Source: Vibrio alginolyticus NBRC 15630 = ATCC 17749 (lineage in GTDB: Bacteria; Pseudomonadota; Gammaproteobacteria; Enterobacterales; Vibrionaceae). Taken from it: 32,000 nucleotides of DNA. Positions 9,562-22,778 of this stretch are shown piece by piece (positions within the stretch are counted from its first letter, which is position 1; each line of letters starts with the position of its first letter). Location of the stretch: positions 2,250,001-2,282,000 of the forward strand of contig NC_022349.1 of assembly GCF_000354175.2 (NCBI RefSeq). The letters are read 5' to 3'. Position numbers and translations under genes: made by a program. The notes below the pieces were generated by a model that worked only from the letters and a program-made list of their open reading frames with translations, was not told where the DNA came from and did not search any database.

Positions 9562-10742
9562 TGTTTCGTCTTATTTTCCTATTTGTTGTACTAGGCGCAG
9601 GACTATTTGTTGGCACCCAGTTTTCTGGTCAGCAAGGCTATGTACTCATCTCCATTGCCGAGAAAACGATCGAGATGAGCGTAACGACATTAGTGGTTTT
9701 CGTTATCGCTGCACTCGCAGGTCTTTTTCTGCTTGAGTACCTGATTAAGAAGTTAGTTTATGCTAGTTCTACAACATGGAACTACTTCAGTGTTCGCAAA
9801 ATGCGCCATTCCCGCCGATACACCAATGAAGGCATTATTAAACTTCTAGAAGGTGACTGGAAAGGTGCTGAGAAGAAAGTAACTCGCTGGGCAAATCATC
9901 ACGATATGCCGCTGCTTTGCTACTTGGTTGCGTCTGAAGCCGCACAAGGCCAAGGTGATAAAGCAAAACGAGATCACTATCTAGAGCTAGCGAGCCAACA
10001 AGAGAACGCCCATCTCGCAGTAGAACTGACTCGAGCGAAACAATTTATCCGCGACAACGAGTTCGAGTCCGCTTTCGATACCTTGCAATCGTTAAAAAGT
10101 CAGTATGCGAGTAACTCTATTGTATTGAACTTGCTGAAAACAACGTACATGCAGCTAAAGTTGTGGCAACCTCTTATTGACCTCTTGCCACAACTAACCA
10201 AAGCAAAACTCATCACGGAAGAAGAACATGCAGAGCTGATTCAAAAGGCGCAGTGCGGCTTACTCCATGAAGTAGCGCAACAACAAGGTAGCGAAGGGCT
10301 AATCTCCCATTGGAATAGTCTCTCACGTAAAGTGAAACAAGACACAAACCTCGTTGCCTGTTTTGCTCGAGAACTCATCACACGAAAAGCTGATGCAGAA
10401 GCCTTTACCGTGCTAAAAGAAGCATTAAAAAAACAACCTGCCCCAGAGCTTTATCAACTTCTGCCAGATCTAAACCTGCCAGATACCCACCCTGTCGTGG
10501 TCTTCTTAGAGGGAGTAGTGAAGAAAGAACCGGATAACGCCGCTGCCCATAGCGCATTAGCGCACTTCTATTTCCGTCAAGAGAGGTGGCAAGAAGCCCA
10601 GGATCACTTTGAGATCGCCTTAAAGCTTCGCTCTGACGTCTCTGACTATGCATTCCTAGCAGACACACTAGAGAAGCAAAATCTAACCAAAGCTGCTCAC
10701 GAAGTCTCTCGTAAAGCTCTCACGCTCGTACAGAATGACTAA
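9561..10742 (+). CDS. hemY: HemY protein (N-terminal TM segments plus TPR-like region)
   Basis: 393 aa. The ATG overlaps the hemX TAA (TAATG). Two N-terminal TM segments are followed by a helical-repeat C-terminus. This is the conserved last gene of hemCDXY. Confidence 0.9.
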   Translation: MFRLIFLFVVLGAGLFVGTQFSGQQGYVLISIAEKTIEMSVTTLVVFVIAALAGLFLLEYLIKKLVYASSTTWNYFSVRKMRHSRRYTNEGIIKLLEGDWKGAEKKVTRWANHHDMPLLCYLVASEAAQGQGDKAKRDHYLELASQQENAHLAVELTRAKQFIRDNEFESAFDTLQSLKSQYASNSIVLNLLKTTYMQLKLWQPLIDLLPQLTKAKLITEEEHAELIQKAQCGLLHEVAQQQGSEGLISHWNSLSRKVKQDTNLVACFARELITRKADAEAFTVLKEALKKQPAPELYQLLPDLNLPDTHPVVVFLEGVVKKEPDNAAAHSALAHFYFRQERWQEAQDHFEIALKLRSDVSDYAFLADTLEKQNLTKAAHEVSRKALTLVQND

Positions 10743-10760
10743 CTTAAGATGACCTAACCA

Positions 10761-10789
10761 AGCCGACAGCTTACCTGTCGGCTTTTTTA
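10761..10789 (+). terminator. Rho-independent terminator of hemCDXY
   Basis: agccgacag-cttac-ctgtcggct followed by tttttt, 19 nt after the hemY stop. Confidence 0.85.
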
Positions 10790-11380
10790 TTGCCTGCTAT
10801 TAACCCTTCAGTCCTTAGTCATCAATATGTTTATCCAATTCATTGGCTCCCAAGTAGTTCTCAACTTCCTAGCAACTCACTATCGTTTCACTTTCCTCTT
10901 CTCTTTTGACTACTCTGATCCTGTCATTCCAGCAGAATCCAAAACAATTTTAAAAGATGCAGGAATACGTAACTTTAGCCTGTTGATGTATGGTTTTAAG
11001 ACGTAGCTAGATTTAGGCAATAGAGCACACGCGTCGCTAGACTGAGTAAAACAAAAAGATACATCAGTGAAACAGTGGCTATTTGAGTATGCTTATTTGT
11101 TCGGTCTATCCGGTAAAAGGGGCTAGAGAAGCAATGGTAGTGCTTTAAGAGAACGATAAGACAATAGATGGTTCAACACCTTAACAAAGCATCTCCAACA
11201 ACCTTATCGGGACAGCATGCAGTGATGAGGATGAACAGCTTTAGAAGCAACTGCACTTCTTAGCAAAAATCAAAATGTCACAACCAATACCGATACCAAT
11301 ATTACTTTGTCGAAAAGTAGATCGCATATGGAATTGATTTTTGGCAAGCACAGATAGAGTAATAAAGATGTACGGAAATG

Positions 11381-11410
11381 AAAAAAGCCTCGCTATTTCT
11401 AGCAAGGCTT
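11381..11410 (-). terminator. Rho-independent terminator at the end of the rRNA operon, downstream of tRNA-Ser
   Basis: Minus strand reads aagccttgct-agaaat-agcgaggctt followed by tttttt. The stem has one mismatch. Confidence 0.75.
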
Positions 11411-11418
11411 CTTAATAG

Positions 11419-11509
11419 TGGCGGAGAGATAGGGATTTGAACCCTAGATACGCTATTAACGTATGCCGGTTTTCAAGACCGGTGCTTTCAACCACTCAGC
11501 CATCTCTCC
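11419..11509 (-). tRNA. tRNA-Ser (anticodon UGA)
   Basis: The reverse complement is GGAGAGATGGCTGAGTGGTTGAAAGCACCGGTCTTGAAAACCGGCATACGTTAATAGCGTATCTAGGGTTCAAATCCCTATCTCTCCGCCA. It has a 7-bp acceptor stem, an anticodon stem CCGGT/ACCGG with loop CTTGAAA, a long variable arm (ATACG/CGTAT), a TPsiC arm and an encoded CCA. Confidence 0.95.
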
Positions 11510-11607
11510 ACAAATTGTCACTAAAACTTAGTCTTATACTATTGATGCTAATTTTTAGTTTTGCCTTCAGTTATCTCAATTAAAGAGAACTTGAAAGCGA
11601 TGTTTAA

Positions 11608-11727
11608 AGCCTGGCGATGTCCTACTCTCACATGGGGAAGCCCCACACTACCATCGGCGCTATTTCGTTTCACTTCTGAGTTCGGCATGGAAATCAGGTG
11701 GGTCCAAAACGCTATGGTCGCCAAGCA
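11608..11727 (-). rRNA. rrf: 5S ribosomal RNA
   Basis: The reverse complement begins TGCTTGGCGACCATAGCG and contains CCATGCCGAACTCAGAAGTGAAAC and GCGCCGATGGTAGTGTGGGG. It ends ..ATCGCCAGGC. End coordinates are good to about 3 nt. Confidence 0.9.
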
Positions 11728-11818
11728 AATTCTTTAATTCGGAAAGCTGTTTTTTAATTCTCGTTCTTACACATTCAATGTTCTTTCATTGAGTCCATCA
11801 AAACCCCTTGGGTGTTGT

Positions 11819-14708
<2,890 letters not shown>

Positions 14709-14931
14709 ATACAACCCGAAGGAGTTTCGAGTTGATGTTCAAATCACCAAAGTTGTCTCTCATTATTTGAATGAGCGAGAGACATTTCGATTTTGCCGGA
14801 CTCAATTTCGAATAATCACTTAAAAGTGATATTCCCAAGAACACTTGAATGTGTTTTTTGGTGTTTGTCATAAAGACAAACATTGAGAACTTTACAAACA
14901 ATCTTAAAGATTGTTTTGTCAGCTTTCCAAA

Positions 14932-14943
14932 TTGTTAAAGAGC
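14932..14943 (-). promoter_or_regulatory. rrn antitermination boxA in the spacer upstream of 23S
   Basis: Minus strand reads GCTCTTTAACAA, matching the E. coli rrn boxA consensus (T)GCTCTTTAACAA. Confidence 0.75.
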
Positions 14944-14998
14944 TAGATTTTCTGATGAAAACCATTTTTAAAGATTCTTTTTCAAGAACACTTAAAGA

Positions 14999-15074
14999 TG
15001 GTGGAGCTATGCGGGATCGAACCGCAGACCTCCTGCGTGCAAGGCAGGCGCTCTCCCAGCTGAGCTATAGCCCC
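14999..15074 (-). tRNA. tRNA-Ala (anticodon UGC), in the 16S-23S spacer
   Basis: The reverse complement is GGGGCTATAGCTCAGCTGGGAGAGCGCCTGCCTTGCACGCAGGAGGTCTGCGGTTCGATCCCGCATAGCTCCACCA. This is essentially the canonical spacer tRNA-Ala with the G3:U70 pair. Confidence 0.97.
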
Positions 15075-15116
15075 ATCAAGGTGTCGATACTGTCGCCAAT
15101 TCCTTGGAAAAGAAAT

Positions 15117-15193
15117 TGGTGGGTCTGAGTGGACTCGAACCACCGACCTCTCGCTTATCAGGCGAACGCTCTAACCACCTGAGCTACAGACCC
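15117..15193 (-). tRNA. tRNA-Ile (anticodon GAU), in the 16S-23S spacer
   Basis: The reverse complement is GGGTCTGTAGCTCAGGTGGTTAGAGCGTTCGCCTGATAAGCGAGAGGTCGGTGGTTCGAGTCCACTCAGACCCACCA. The anticodon loop is CTGATAA. Confidence 0.97.
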
Positions 15194-15259
15194 AGTATCG
15201 TCTCTTTACTTTATAAACCGTATCAATCTGTGTGAACACTCATCGCAATAATCATCGTT

Positions 15260-16812
<1,553 letters not shown>

Positions 16813-16984
16813 AAGATTTTGTTCGGCTCAATGAATACTGAACATTACATAACGTAATGTTTGAATTGACTGTGCTGAATCTTTCGATTCAATGGTCACT
16901 TCGTATCATTGAAACCTAAATTGTTTCCGAAGAAACTATTTGGATCATCATCAACGAGTGCCCACACAGATTGATAGGTCTATA

Positions 16985-16996
16985 TTGTTAAAGAGC
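16985..16996 (-). promoter_or_regulatory. rrn leader antitermination boxA
   Basis: Minus strand reads GCTCTTTAACAA, between promoter P2 and the 16S 5' end. Confidence 0.75.
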
Positions 16997-17034
16997 TTGC
17001 TTTGCGAGAAGTTTTTCTCTCAAAGCGGAGGTGC

Positions 17035-17062
17035 ATTCTAGCGATTTAATTGACAGTGTCAA
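17035..17062 (-). promoter_or_regulatory. rRNA operon promoter P2
   Basis: Minus strand reads TTGACA, a 16-nt spacer, TAGAAT, then a GC-rich discriminator (gcacctccgc). It lies about 115 bp downstream of P1, matching the tandem E. coli rrn arrangement. Confidence 0.7.
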
Positions 17063-17150
17063 ACACTTTTTCAATTTTATTTTTCGTAGAAGCTTTCACC
17101 TCTCCGACCCTGCTGAAGCCTTATCGCGTCTGCCGTGTCGGTGGATGCGC

Positions 17151-17210
17151 ATTATAGGGAACTCAGATCCGTTCGCAACCCTTTTTTGAAAAAAAATGGA
17201 AAAAACTGAC
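17151..17210 (-). promoter_or_regulatory. rRNA operon promoter P1 with an A/T-rich UP element
   Basis: Minus strand reads TTGCGA (17178-17173), a 16-nt spacer, TATAAT (17156-17151), then the GCGC discriminator (tataatGCGCatccac; compare E. coli rrnB P1 TATAATGCGCCACC). Upstream is ttttttccattttttttcaaaaaa, consistent with an UP element. Confidence 0.8.
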
Positions 17211-17240
17211 TGTTCGATGACTATTTCATCAAAAAAGCAC

Positions 17241-17266
17241 AAAAGAGGGTAAAAAACCCTCTTTTT
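17241..17266 (-). terminator. Rho-independent terminator after fre
   Basis: Hairpin aaaagaggg/ccctctttt. On the minus strand the stem is followed by tttgtgctttttt. It lies 19 nt after the fre stop. Confidence 0.7.
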
Positions 17267-17284
17267 CTGTATCAAAAGCCGTAT

Positions 17285-17998
17285 TTAAATGAATGCGTAC
17301 GCGTCTGCGAACATACGTTCGCTCTTCGCTTTCTTGTTCTGAGTGAACTGTTCACGTGCTGCGCCAGCCATTTCAAAACGACCTGCAATATAGATATCGT
17401 AGTTTTCTAAGCTTTCGAAATCTTCGGCTACTGCTTGTAGCACGTTACCAACTTTACCTTGCCAGTCTGCAGGTGCTTCTTCTACTACTGGCACAAAGTG
17501 AACGTTAGCAAACTTATCGGCGATCTCGACCAGTTCGTCTTTAGCATAAAGCTGGCAGTTATCGCGCGCCCCCCAATATAAATAGATAGGATTGGTTTTA
17601 TTCTGCGCTACGCAGTGATCCAGAATCGAGCGAACGTAACTGAAGCCTGTACCACCAGCAATTAATAATAATGGGCGTTCGCTTTCTTCTTGAACCCAAG
17701 CATCGCCATGTGGCGCATCAATTTCAATCTGACCATCAGTTTCAAGCGCCGCTTGCATTGCTTCGACAACTTCTTGTGCATAAGCGTTGTGTTCCGCCGC
17801 ACCGATGTGCAGTTCAAGTTCACCTTCATGACGACAAGGGCTGCTTGCGATAGAGAAAGGACGTTTGTCTTTTTCACCCATCACCACCATTAGGTACTGA
17901 CCCGCTTTAAAAGGCACTGGTGATTCTGGATGAAGAAGGATTTGGTAAGTATTACAAGCTAACGGCTGAATAGACTTTACTTTACATTGGATGGTCAT
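17285..17998 (-). CDS. fre: NAD(P)H-flavin reductase Fre (FNR-family, no Fe-S domain)
   Basis: 237 aa. RPFSIAS (flavin-binding RxYS-type motif) and [11 protein letters not shown] (NAD(P)H binding) are present. The protein is colinear with E. coli/Vibrio Fre. A GAGGA SD sits 14 nt after the upstream gene stop. Confidence 0.95.
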   Translation of the reverse strand: MTIQCKVKSIQPLACNTYQILLHPESPVPFKAGQYLMVVMGEKDKRPFSIASSPCRHEGELELHIGAAEHNAYAQEVVEAMQAALETDGQIEIDAPHGDAWVQEESERPLLLIAGGTGFSYVRSILDHCVAQNKTNPIYLYWGARDNCQLYAKDELVEIADKFANVHFVPVVEEAPADWQGKVGNVLQAVAEDFESLENYDIYIAGRFEMAGAAREQFTQNKKAKSERMFADAYAFI

Positions 17999-18012
17999 GG
18001 TGTTCCTCTCGC

Positions 18013-18282
18013 TTACTCGTCAAAAGTAAGCACTAAATTACTTTCTGTATAGGCTTGGCAAGGGAATATCCAACCTTGCTGTTGCTCTTTTTCGGTTAGC
18101 ATAGGTTCGAGGTGATAGCTCACCTCGCCCGTTAGCTTTTTACACATACACATGGCGCAAGCGCCAACTTGGCAACGGTGTGGGAAGCGAATATTGTTGT
18201 TGAGCGCAGCTTCTAACACCGTCTCCCCTTCTTTTACTTGGAATGTAACGTCCATTGGTAGAAGGTGGACTTGATGACTCAT
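18013..18282 (-). CDS. Plant-type / YfaE-like [2Fe-2S] ferredoxin (89 aa)
   Basis: The Cys pattern C-x4-C-x2-C...C ([13 protein letters not shown] ... IFPCQAY) parallels E. coli YfaE (YQCREGYCGSCRTR...ILPCCC). I chose the ATG at 18282 (MSHQVHLL), which forms an ATGA overlap with the ubiD stop. The track start at 18303 is a TTG inside ubiD. Confidence 0.8.
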   Translation of the reverse strand: MSHQVHLLPMDVTFQVKEGETVLEAALNNNIRFPHRCQVGACAMCMCKKLTGEVSYHLEPMLTEKEQQQGWIFPCQAYTESNLVLTFDE

Positions 18283-20132
18283 AGAATACCTAACTGGTCC
18301 CAAATCTCATCGACTTTAGCCACAAGTTTAGGATCTTTTTGGATAGGCGTACCCCACTCGCGCGTGACTTCAGATTCGAACTTGTTGGTCGCATCCAGTC
18401 CTAATTTGGATGAACTCTCAGTCTTACCAAGCACTTGAATCGTGTCTCTATCTGGGTCCATTCGAGTTGTCACCGCCCAAATGATGTCATTCCAATCTCG
18501 TGCATTAACGTCATCGTCGCACAAAATGATGAATTTGTTATCCGTGTACTGAGCAAAGAAGCCCCATAGATGTTCCATCAATTCTTGGGATTGACCAGCT
18601 TGGTCTTTCTTCATAGTCACGACAGCAAATTGGTTGTTTGCTGTAACTGGAAGATAGACGTCAACAATCTCAGGGCGTTGCTGTTTCAACTCATTTAGTT
18701 CTGCTTCGGTAATCGCTTTGCTGTCTCGCTCAGTGACCTCGGTTCGCGTCGCCAGCTCGGCATCCCATTTAATGGTCGCATCCAAGCCCATTTTGGAGCC
18801 AAGCCCAACCACTGGTGAAGCAAAGTCGAGCGAGTCGATTGGCGTGTTATCTATCATCAAGGTATCACGTACAGGATCCATATGCTCTGACATGGCTTTC
18901 ACGACATCATTCCAATCTCGTGCGTTTACCGATTCATCGCACACAATAACAAACTTGGTATACATGAATTGACGTAAGAAAGACCACACGCCCATCATTA
19001 CGCGCTTGGCATGTCCTGGGTACTGCTTCTTCATGGTGACGACGGCCATTCGGTACGAACAACCTTCTGGCGGAAGATAGAAGTCTTCAATCTCTGGGAA
19101 TTGCTTTTGCAGAATAGGCACAAACACTTCGTTTAATGCCACACCCAATACAGCTGGTTCATCTGGCGGACGACCTGTGTAGGTGCTGTGATAAATAGGG
19201 TCTTTACGCATAGTAATGTGCGTAATAGTAAATACGTGGTGCTTTTCTTTTTCGTTATAGTAGCCAGTGTGGTCACCGTAAGGACCTTCATCAGCAAACT
19301 CGTTCGGGTCGATATAGCCTTCCATCACGATTTCCGCGCTCGCTGGCACTTCCAAATCGTTGCTGACTGACTTCACGACTTCCGTTTTGCTTCCACGTAG
19401 CAAACCTGCAAATGCGTATTCCGATAGCGTATCTGGCACTGGTGTTACTGCACCAAGAATGGTTGCTGGGTCTGCACCAAACGCGACCGAAACTGGGAAA
19501 GGTTTACCTGGGTTGGTTTCCATCCAATCGCGCAGATCAAGCGCACCACCACGATGGGCTAACCAACGCATGATGATTTTGTTCTTGGCAATTTTCTGCT
19601 GACGGTAAATGCCTAGGTTCTGACGTTTCTTATTTGGACCTTTGGTTACGGTTAAGCCCCAAGTAAGCAGCGGCGCTACATCTTCTGCCCAGCAGCTCAT
19701 TACCGGAATTTTATCCAAGTCGACTTCATCACCTTGCCAAACAATGTCTTGGCATGGTGCTTTACGTAAACGCTTAGCCGGCATGTTCAATACTTGTTTG
19801 AACACAGGCAGTTTTTCTAAAGCGTCTTTGAAGCCTTTTGGTGGCTCAGGTTCTTTTAAATAAGCCAGCAGCTTACCGACTTCTCTTAATTCTTTAACAT
19901 CTTCACGTCCCATACCGATTGCGACACGCTCTGGTGTACCAAACAGGTTAGTCAAAACAGGTACGTCGTAGCCGATTGGGTTCTCAAACAACAGCGCAGG
20001 TCCACCAGCACGCAAGGTGCGGTCGCTAATTTCTGTCATTTCATAAGCGGGATCGACAGGGTGAGTGATGCGTTTAAGTCGACCTTTCTGTTCTAGGTGG
20101 TCGATAAATTCGCGTAAATCCTTAAAACTCAT
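18279..20132 (-). CDS. ubiD: UbiD-family 4-hydroxy-3-polyprenylbenzoate decarboxylase, extended 617-aa form
   Basis: The protein is colinear with E. coli UbiD ([76 protein letters not shown]). It carries an extra partial copy of the C-terminal region (see findings). ATG start with a GAAGG SD. Confidence 0.95.
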   Translation of the reverse strand: MSFKDLREFIDHLEQKGRLKRITHPVDPAYEMTEISDRTLRAGGPALLFENPIGYDVPVLTNLFGTPERVAIGMGREDVKELREVGKLLAYLKEPEPPKGFKDALEKLPVFKQVLNMPAKRLRKAPCQDIVWQGDEVDLDKIPVMSCWAEDVAPLLTWGLTVTKGPNKKRQNLGIYRQQKIAKNKIIMRWLAHRGGALDLRDWMETNPGKPFPVSVAFGADPATILGAVTPVPDTLSEYAFAGLLRGSKTEVVKSVSNDLEVPASAEIVMEGYIDPNEFADEGPYGDHTGYYNEKEKHHVFTITHITMRKDPIYHSTYTGRPPDEPAVLGVALNEVFVPILQKQFPEIEDFYLPPEGCSYRMAVVTMKKQYPGHAKRVMMGVWSFLRQFMYTKFVIVCDESVNARDWNDVVKAMSEHMDPVRDTLMIDNTPIDSLDFASPVVGLGSKMGLDATIKWDAELATRTEVTERDSKAITEAELNELKQQRPEIVDVYLPVTANNQFAVVTMKKDQAGQSQELMEHLWGFFAQYTDNKFIILCDDDVNARDWNDIIWAVTTRMDPDRDTIQVLGKTESSSKLGLDATNKFESEVTREWGTPIQKDPKLVAKVDEIWDQLGIL

Positions 20133-20173
20133 AGGCCTTCATGCTGGCTGATTAAACTGTCCGCAGTATAACA

Positions 20174-20201
20174 AATAGGAGGACGCTAAGATCCTCCTAT
20201 T
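20174..20201 (-). terminator. Probable terminator hairpin between the 330-aa gene and ubiD
   Basis: aataggagg-(10 nt)-cctcctatt. On the minus strand it is followed by only a weak T tract (tttgttat). Confidence 0.45.
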
Positions 20202-20223
20202 TTGTGTGGGTATGTGAGCCAGA

Positions 20224-21216
20224 TTACTTTAATACTTGTTCAATCTGCCGAGTCTTTATCTGATGGTTCGAAGATACTAACTCTTCCAACCAGGTTTGAT
20301 GCCCTTGTTGAGCAAGCTCTCGAGCAACCATGGTTGCTTCTTCTGATAACGCCATTTTTCTAACTAGAAACTGCTTTACTTGCGGAGATAGAGGGTTAGA
20401 TTTTGTAAGTAGACTAATAGCTTCTGGCTTGAGTGATGGGTTAACTGTGGCATTCATCAATTGCTGAATGGAAAAAACGTCTCCAACCGCAGCTAAACGC
20501 TCAAGTTCGGACTGGCTGTTGTAATCAGCTTTCATCCGCCAGAGTAAGTTGTACACTTCCTCATCCTGACTAACTTGTGCCAACCTGACTATCACGGCCG
20601 TCGATGGTAACCAACTGGTCACATTTGCTTTGGTTAACTGGGCCGTTAATGCAGCAAGCGCATTGGGTGATAAGCTGTCTAACTCTCGAATCAAAAGCGC
20701 TTCACGTGCTTGAGCTTGTTGAGATGGCCCTGTAAGCCATTGCTTTAAGTTAAGCTCTCTTCGTTCAGCTTGTAAGACAAAGTCCAAGGTACTTTGGTCT
20801 TGTTTCCAACGCTTAATCAAGCGACTCGCAATAACGGGAAAGTTAAAAGCGGGTACACTAAATTCATACCCATCACCTCGCTCTAACACTTGATAAGTCG
20901 GGGTCATACGGATCTGGGACTCAACAAACAGAGCCATTCGAGGCGTGAGAATCACATCTTGCTTTTCAAGCTTTTCCAACAATTGAAAGCGCACCACCTC
21001 TTGTTGAGGCAAAGCAAGTCGATCAAGGGCAAATTTAAGCGAGTCGACTTCATCTCTGACAGCGTAATCAAGCAGTTCAGAGACTTTAGCCTGTATTTGA
21101 GTATCCTGAAGCCACTGCTCTACTACAGACTCATGCATTTCCTTGGCAGATAATGTCGCAGGTAGAGTGATAAGTGACAAGCTCAGGAGTAATGACGACA
21201 ACATTCCTTGTTGCAT
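20224..21216 (-). CDS. Secreted (Sec signal) helical protein of unknown function
   Basis: 330 aa. A strong GGGAGG SD precedes the ATG. The N-terminal MQQGMLSSLLLSLSLITLPATLSA|KE looks like a signal peptide with an AxA-type cleavage site. The rest is Leu/Gln/Glu-rich and predicted helical. I recognise no family. Confidence 0.7.
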   Translation of the reverse strand: MQQGMLSSLLLSLSLITLPATLSAKEMHESVVEQWLQDTQIQAKVSELLDYAVRDEVDSLKFALDRLALPQQEVVRFQLLEKLEKQDVILTPRMALFVESQIRMTPTYQVLERGDGYEFSVPAFNFPVIASRLIKRWKQDQSTLDFVLQAERRELNLKQWLTGPSQQAQAREALLIRELDSLSPNALAALTAQLTKANVTSWLPSTAVIVRLAQVSQDEEVYNLLWRMKADYNSQSELERLAAVGDVFSIQQLMNATVNPSLKPEAISLLTKSNPLSPQVKQFLVRKMALSEEATMVARELAQQGHQTWLEELVSSNHQIKTRQIEQVLK

Positions 21217-21271
21217 GTTAACCTCCCGATAACATTTCCTTCATTCTGATACTTCTATCGGGAGAAAGCAA

Positions 21272-21301
21272 TAAAAAAGCCACCGATATACGGTGGCTTT
21301 T
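21272..21301 (-). terminator. Rho-independent terminator after rho
   Basis: gccaccg-atata-cggtggc. The minus strand has ttttttatt after the stem. It lies about 25 nt after the rho stop. Confidence 0.8.
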
Positions 21302-21322
21302 CGCAGAATCACTTATTTGAGA

Positions 21323-22582
21323 CTATTGACGACGCATCGCATCGAAGAACTCATCGTTGGTCTTCGTCATCGCTAGCTTATCGATTAGGAATTCCATTGC
21401 GTCGATTTCACCCATTGGGTGAACGATCTTACGCAGAATCCACATCTTCTGTAGTTCGTCAGTCTTCGTCAGTAGCTCTTCACGACGTGTACCTGAGCGG
21501 TTGAAGTCAATCGCAGGGAATACACGCTTCTCAGCAATCTTACGGTTCAAGTGCAGTTCCATGTTACCTGTACCCTTGAACTCTTCGTAGATAACTTCAT
21601 CCATTTTAGAACCAGTATCTACTAGTGCCGTTGCGATGATAGTTAGGCTGCCGCCTTCTTCTACGTTACGTGCAGCACCGAAGAAACGCTTAGGACGATG
21701 TAATGCGTTTGCATCCACACCACCTGTTAGTACTTTACCTGATGAAGGCACTACGGTGTTGTAAGCACGTGCTAGACGAGTGATAGAGTCAAGCAAGATA
21801 ACCACGTCTTTCTTATGTTCAACAAGACGTTTTGCTTTCTCGATCACCATTTCCGCTACTTGTACGTGACGAGATGCTGGCTCATCGAAAGTCGACGCAA
21901 CCACTTCACCTTTAACTAGGCGTTGCATCTCGGTTACTTCTTCTGGACGTTCGTCGATAAGAAGAACCATCAACTCACACTCAGGGTGGTTGTACGCGAT
22001 GCTTTGCGCGATGTTTTGCAGAAGCATTGTTTTACCCGCTTTAGGCGGAGCAACAATCAGACCACGTTGACCTTTACCGATTGGCGATGCCAAGTCTAAA
22101 ACACGTGCTGTAATGTCTTCTGTTGAACCGTTACCACGCTCCATAACCATGCGCTCATTCGCATGTAGAGGGGTAAGGTTTTCAAATAGGATCTTGTTAC
22201 GGGCGTTGTCTGGTTTATCGTCGTTAACGGTATTGACTTTTAGAAGGGCAAAGTAACGTTCACCGTCTTTTGGTGGACGAATTTTGCCAGCGATAGAGTC
22301 ACCAGTACGTAGGTTAAAGCGACGAATCTGACTTGGTGATACGTAGATATCGTCCGGACCCGCAAGGTATGAACTATCTGCACTGCGTAGGAAACCAAAG
22401 CCGTCTTGCAGAATTTCCAGAACCCCATCGCCAAAGATGTCTTCGCCGCCTTTAGCGTGCGCTTTTAAAATCGCGAAGATGATGTCTTGTTTTCTTAAGC
22501 GAGCTAGGTTCTCTAATCCTAAGCTTTCGCCCAGTTTTACAAGGTCAGACACAGGTCTGTTCTTCAGTTCGGTAAGGTTCAT
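21323..22582 (-). CDS. rho: Transcription termination factor Rho
   Basis: 419 aa from the ATG at 22582 ([15 protein letters not shown]...), near-identical in layout to E. coli Rho and including the Walker A motif PPKAGKT. The track start at 22606 adds 8 residues that E. coli Rho lacks. Confidence 0.97.
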   Translation of the reverse strand: MNLTELKNRPVSDLVKLGESLGLENLARLRKQDIIFAILKAHAKGGEDIFGDGVLEILQDGFGFLRSADSSYLAGPDDIYVSPSQIRRFNLRTGDSIAGKIRPPKDGERYFALLKVNTVNDDKPDNARNKILFENLTPLHANERMVMERGNGSTEDITARVLDLASPIGKGQRGLIVAPPKAGKTMLLQNIAQSIAYNHPECELMVLLIDERPEEVTEMQRLVKGEVVASTFDEPASRHVQVAEMVIEKAKRLVEHKKDVVILLDSITRLARAYNTVVPSSGKVLTGGVDANALHRPKRFFGAARNVEEGGSLTIIATALVDTGSKMDEVIYEEFKGTGNMELHLNRKIAEKRVFPAIDFNRSGTRREELLTKTDELQKMWILRKIVHPMGEIDAMEFLIDKLAMTKTNDEFFDAMRRQ

Positions 22583-22721
22583 GGTGGTGGATTCTTGTTT
22601 AGTCAAAATAAGATCTGTTTTCTAGTTAAGATGGATTTGGTCTCAGGATCGACCAAGAAGAGAAATTTGTTCAATTAACGCGCGATAAGTTAGCACTAAT
22701 TAGTATTCTAGTCCAGAGTTA

Positions 22722-22759
22722 GAAAAACAAAACCGTGCATTGTAACTTTGCACGGTTTT
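22722..22759 (-). terminator. Rho-independent terminator after trxA
   Basis: aaaaccgtgca-(9 nt)-tgcacggtttt. On the minus strand it is followed by gttttt. Confidence 0.75.
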
Positions 22760-22778
22760 ATCTGTAATCACTTGGTGA

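Noticed and set aside
10827-11006. 59-aa plus-strand ORF just under the track cutoff, in the ORF-free region.
   Set aside because: It has no SD and no recognisable motif, and its Phe/Leu-rich composition is typical of AT-rich noise. It is kept only as a note inside the finding on this region.
22583-22606. N-terminal extensions suggested by the ORF track for rho (22583-22606), trxA (23106-23117), recQ (31143-31229), yhhQ (28758-28808), hemX (8281-8349) and the ferredoxin (18283-18303).
   Set aside because: Alignment with the E. coli homologues (from memory) begins at the internal ATG in each case. The extensions overlap upstream genes, SD sequences or the riboswitch candidate.
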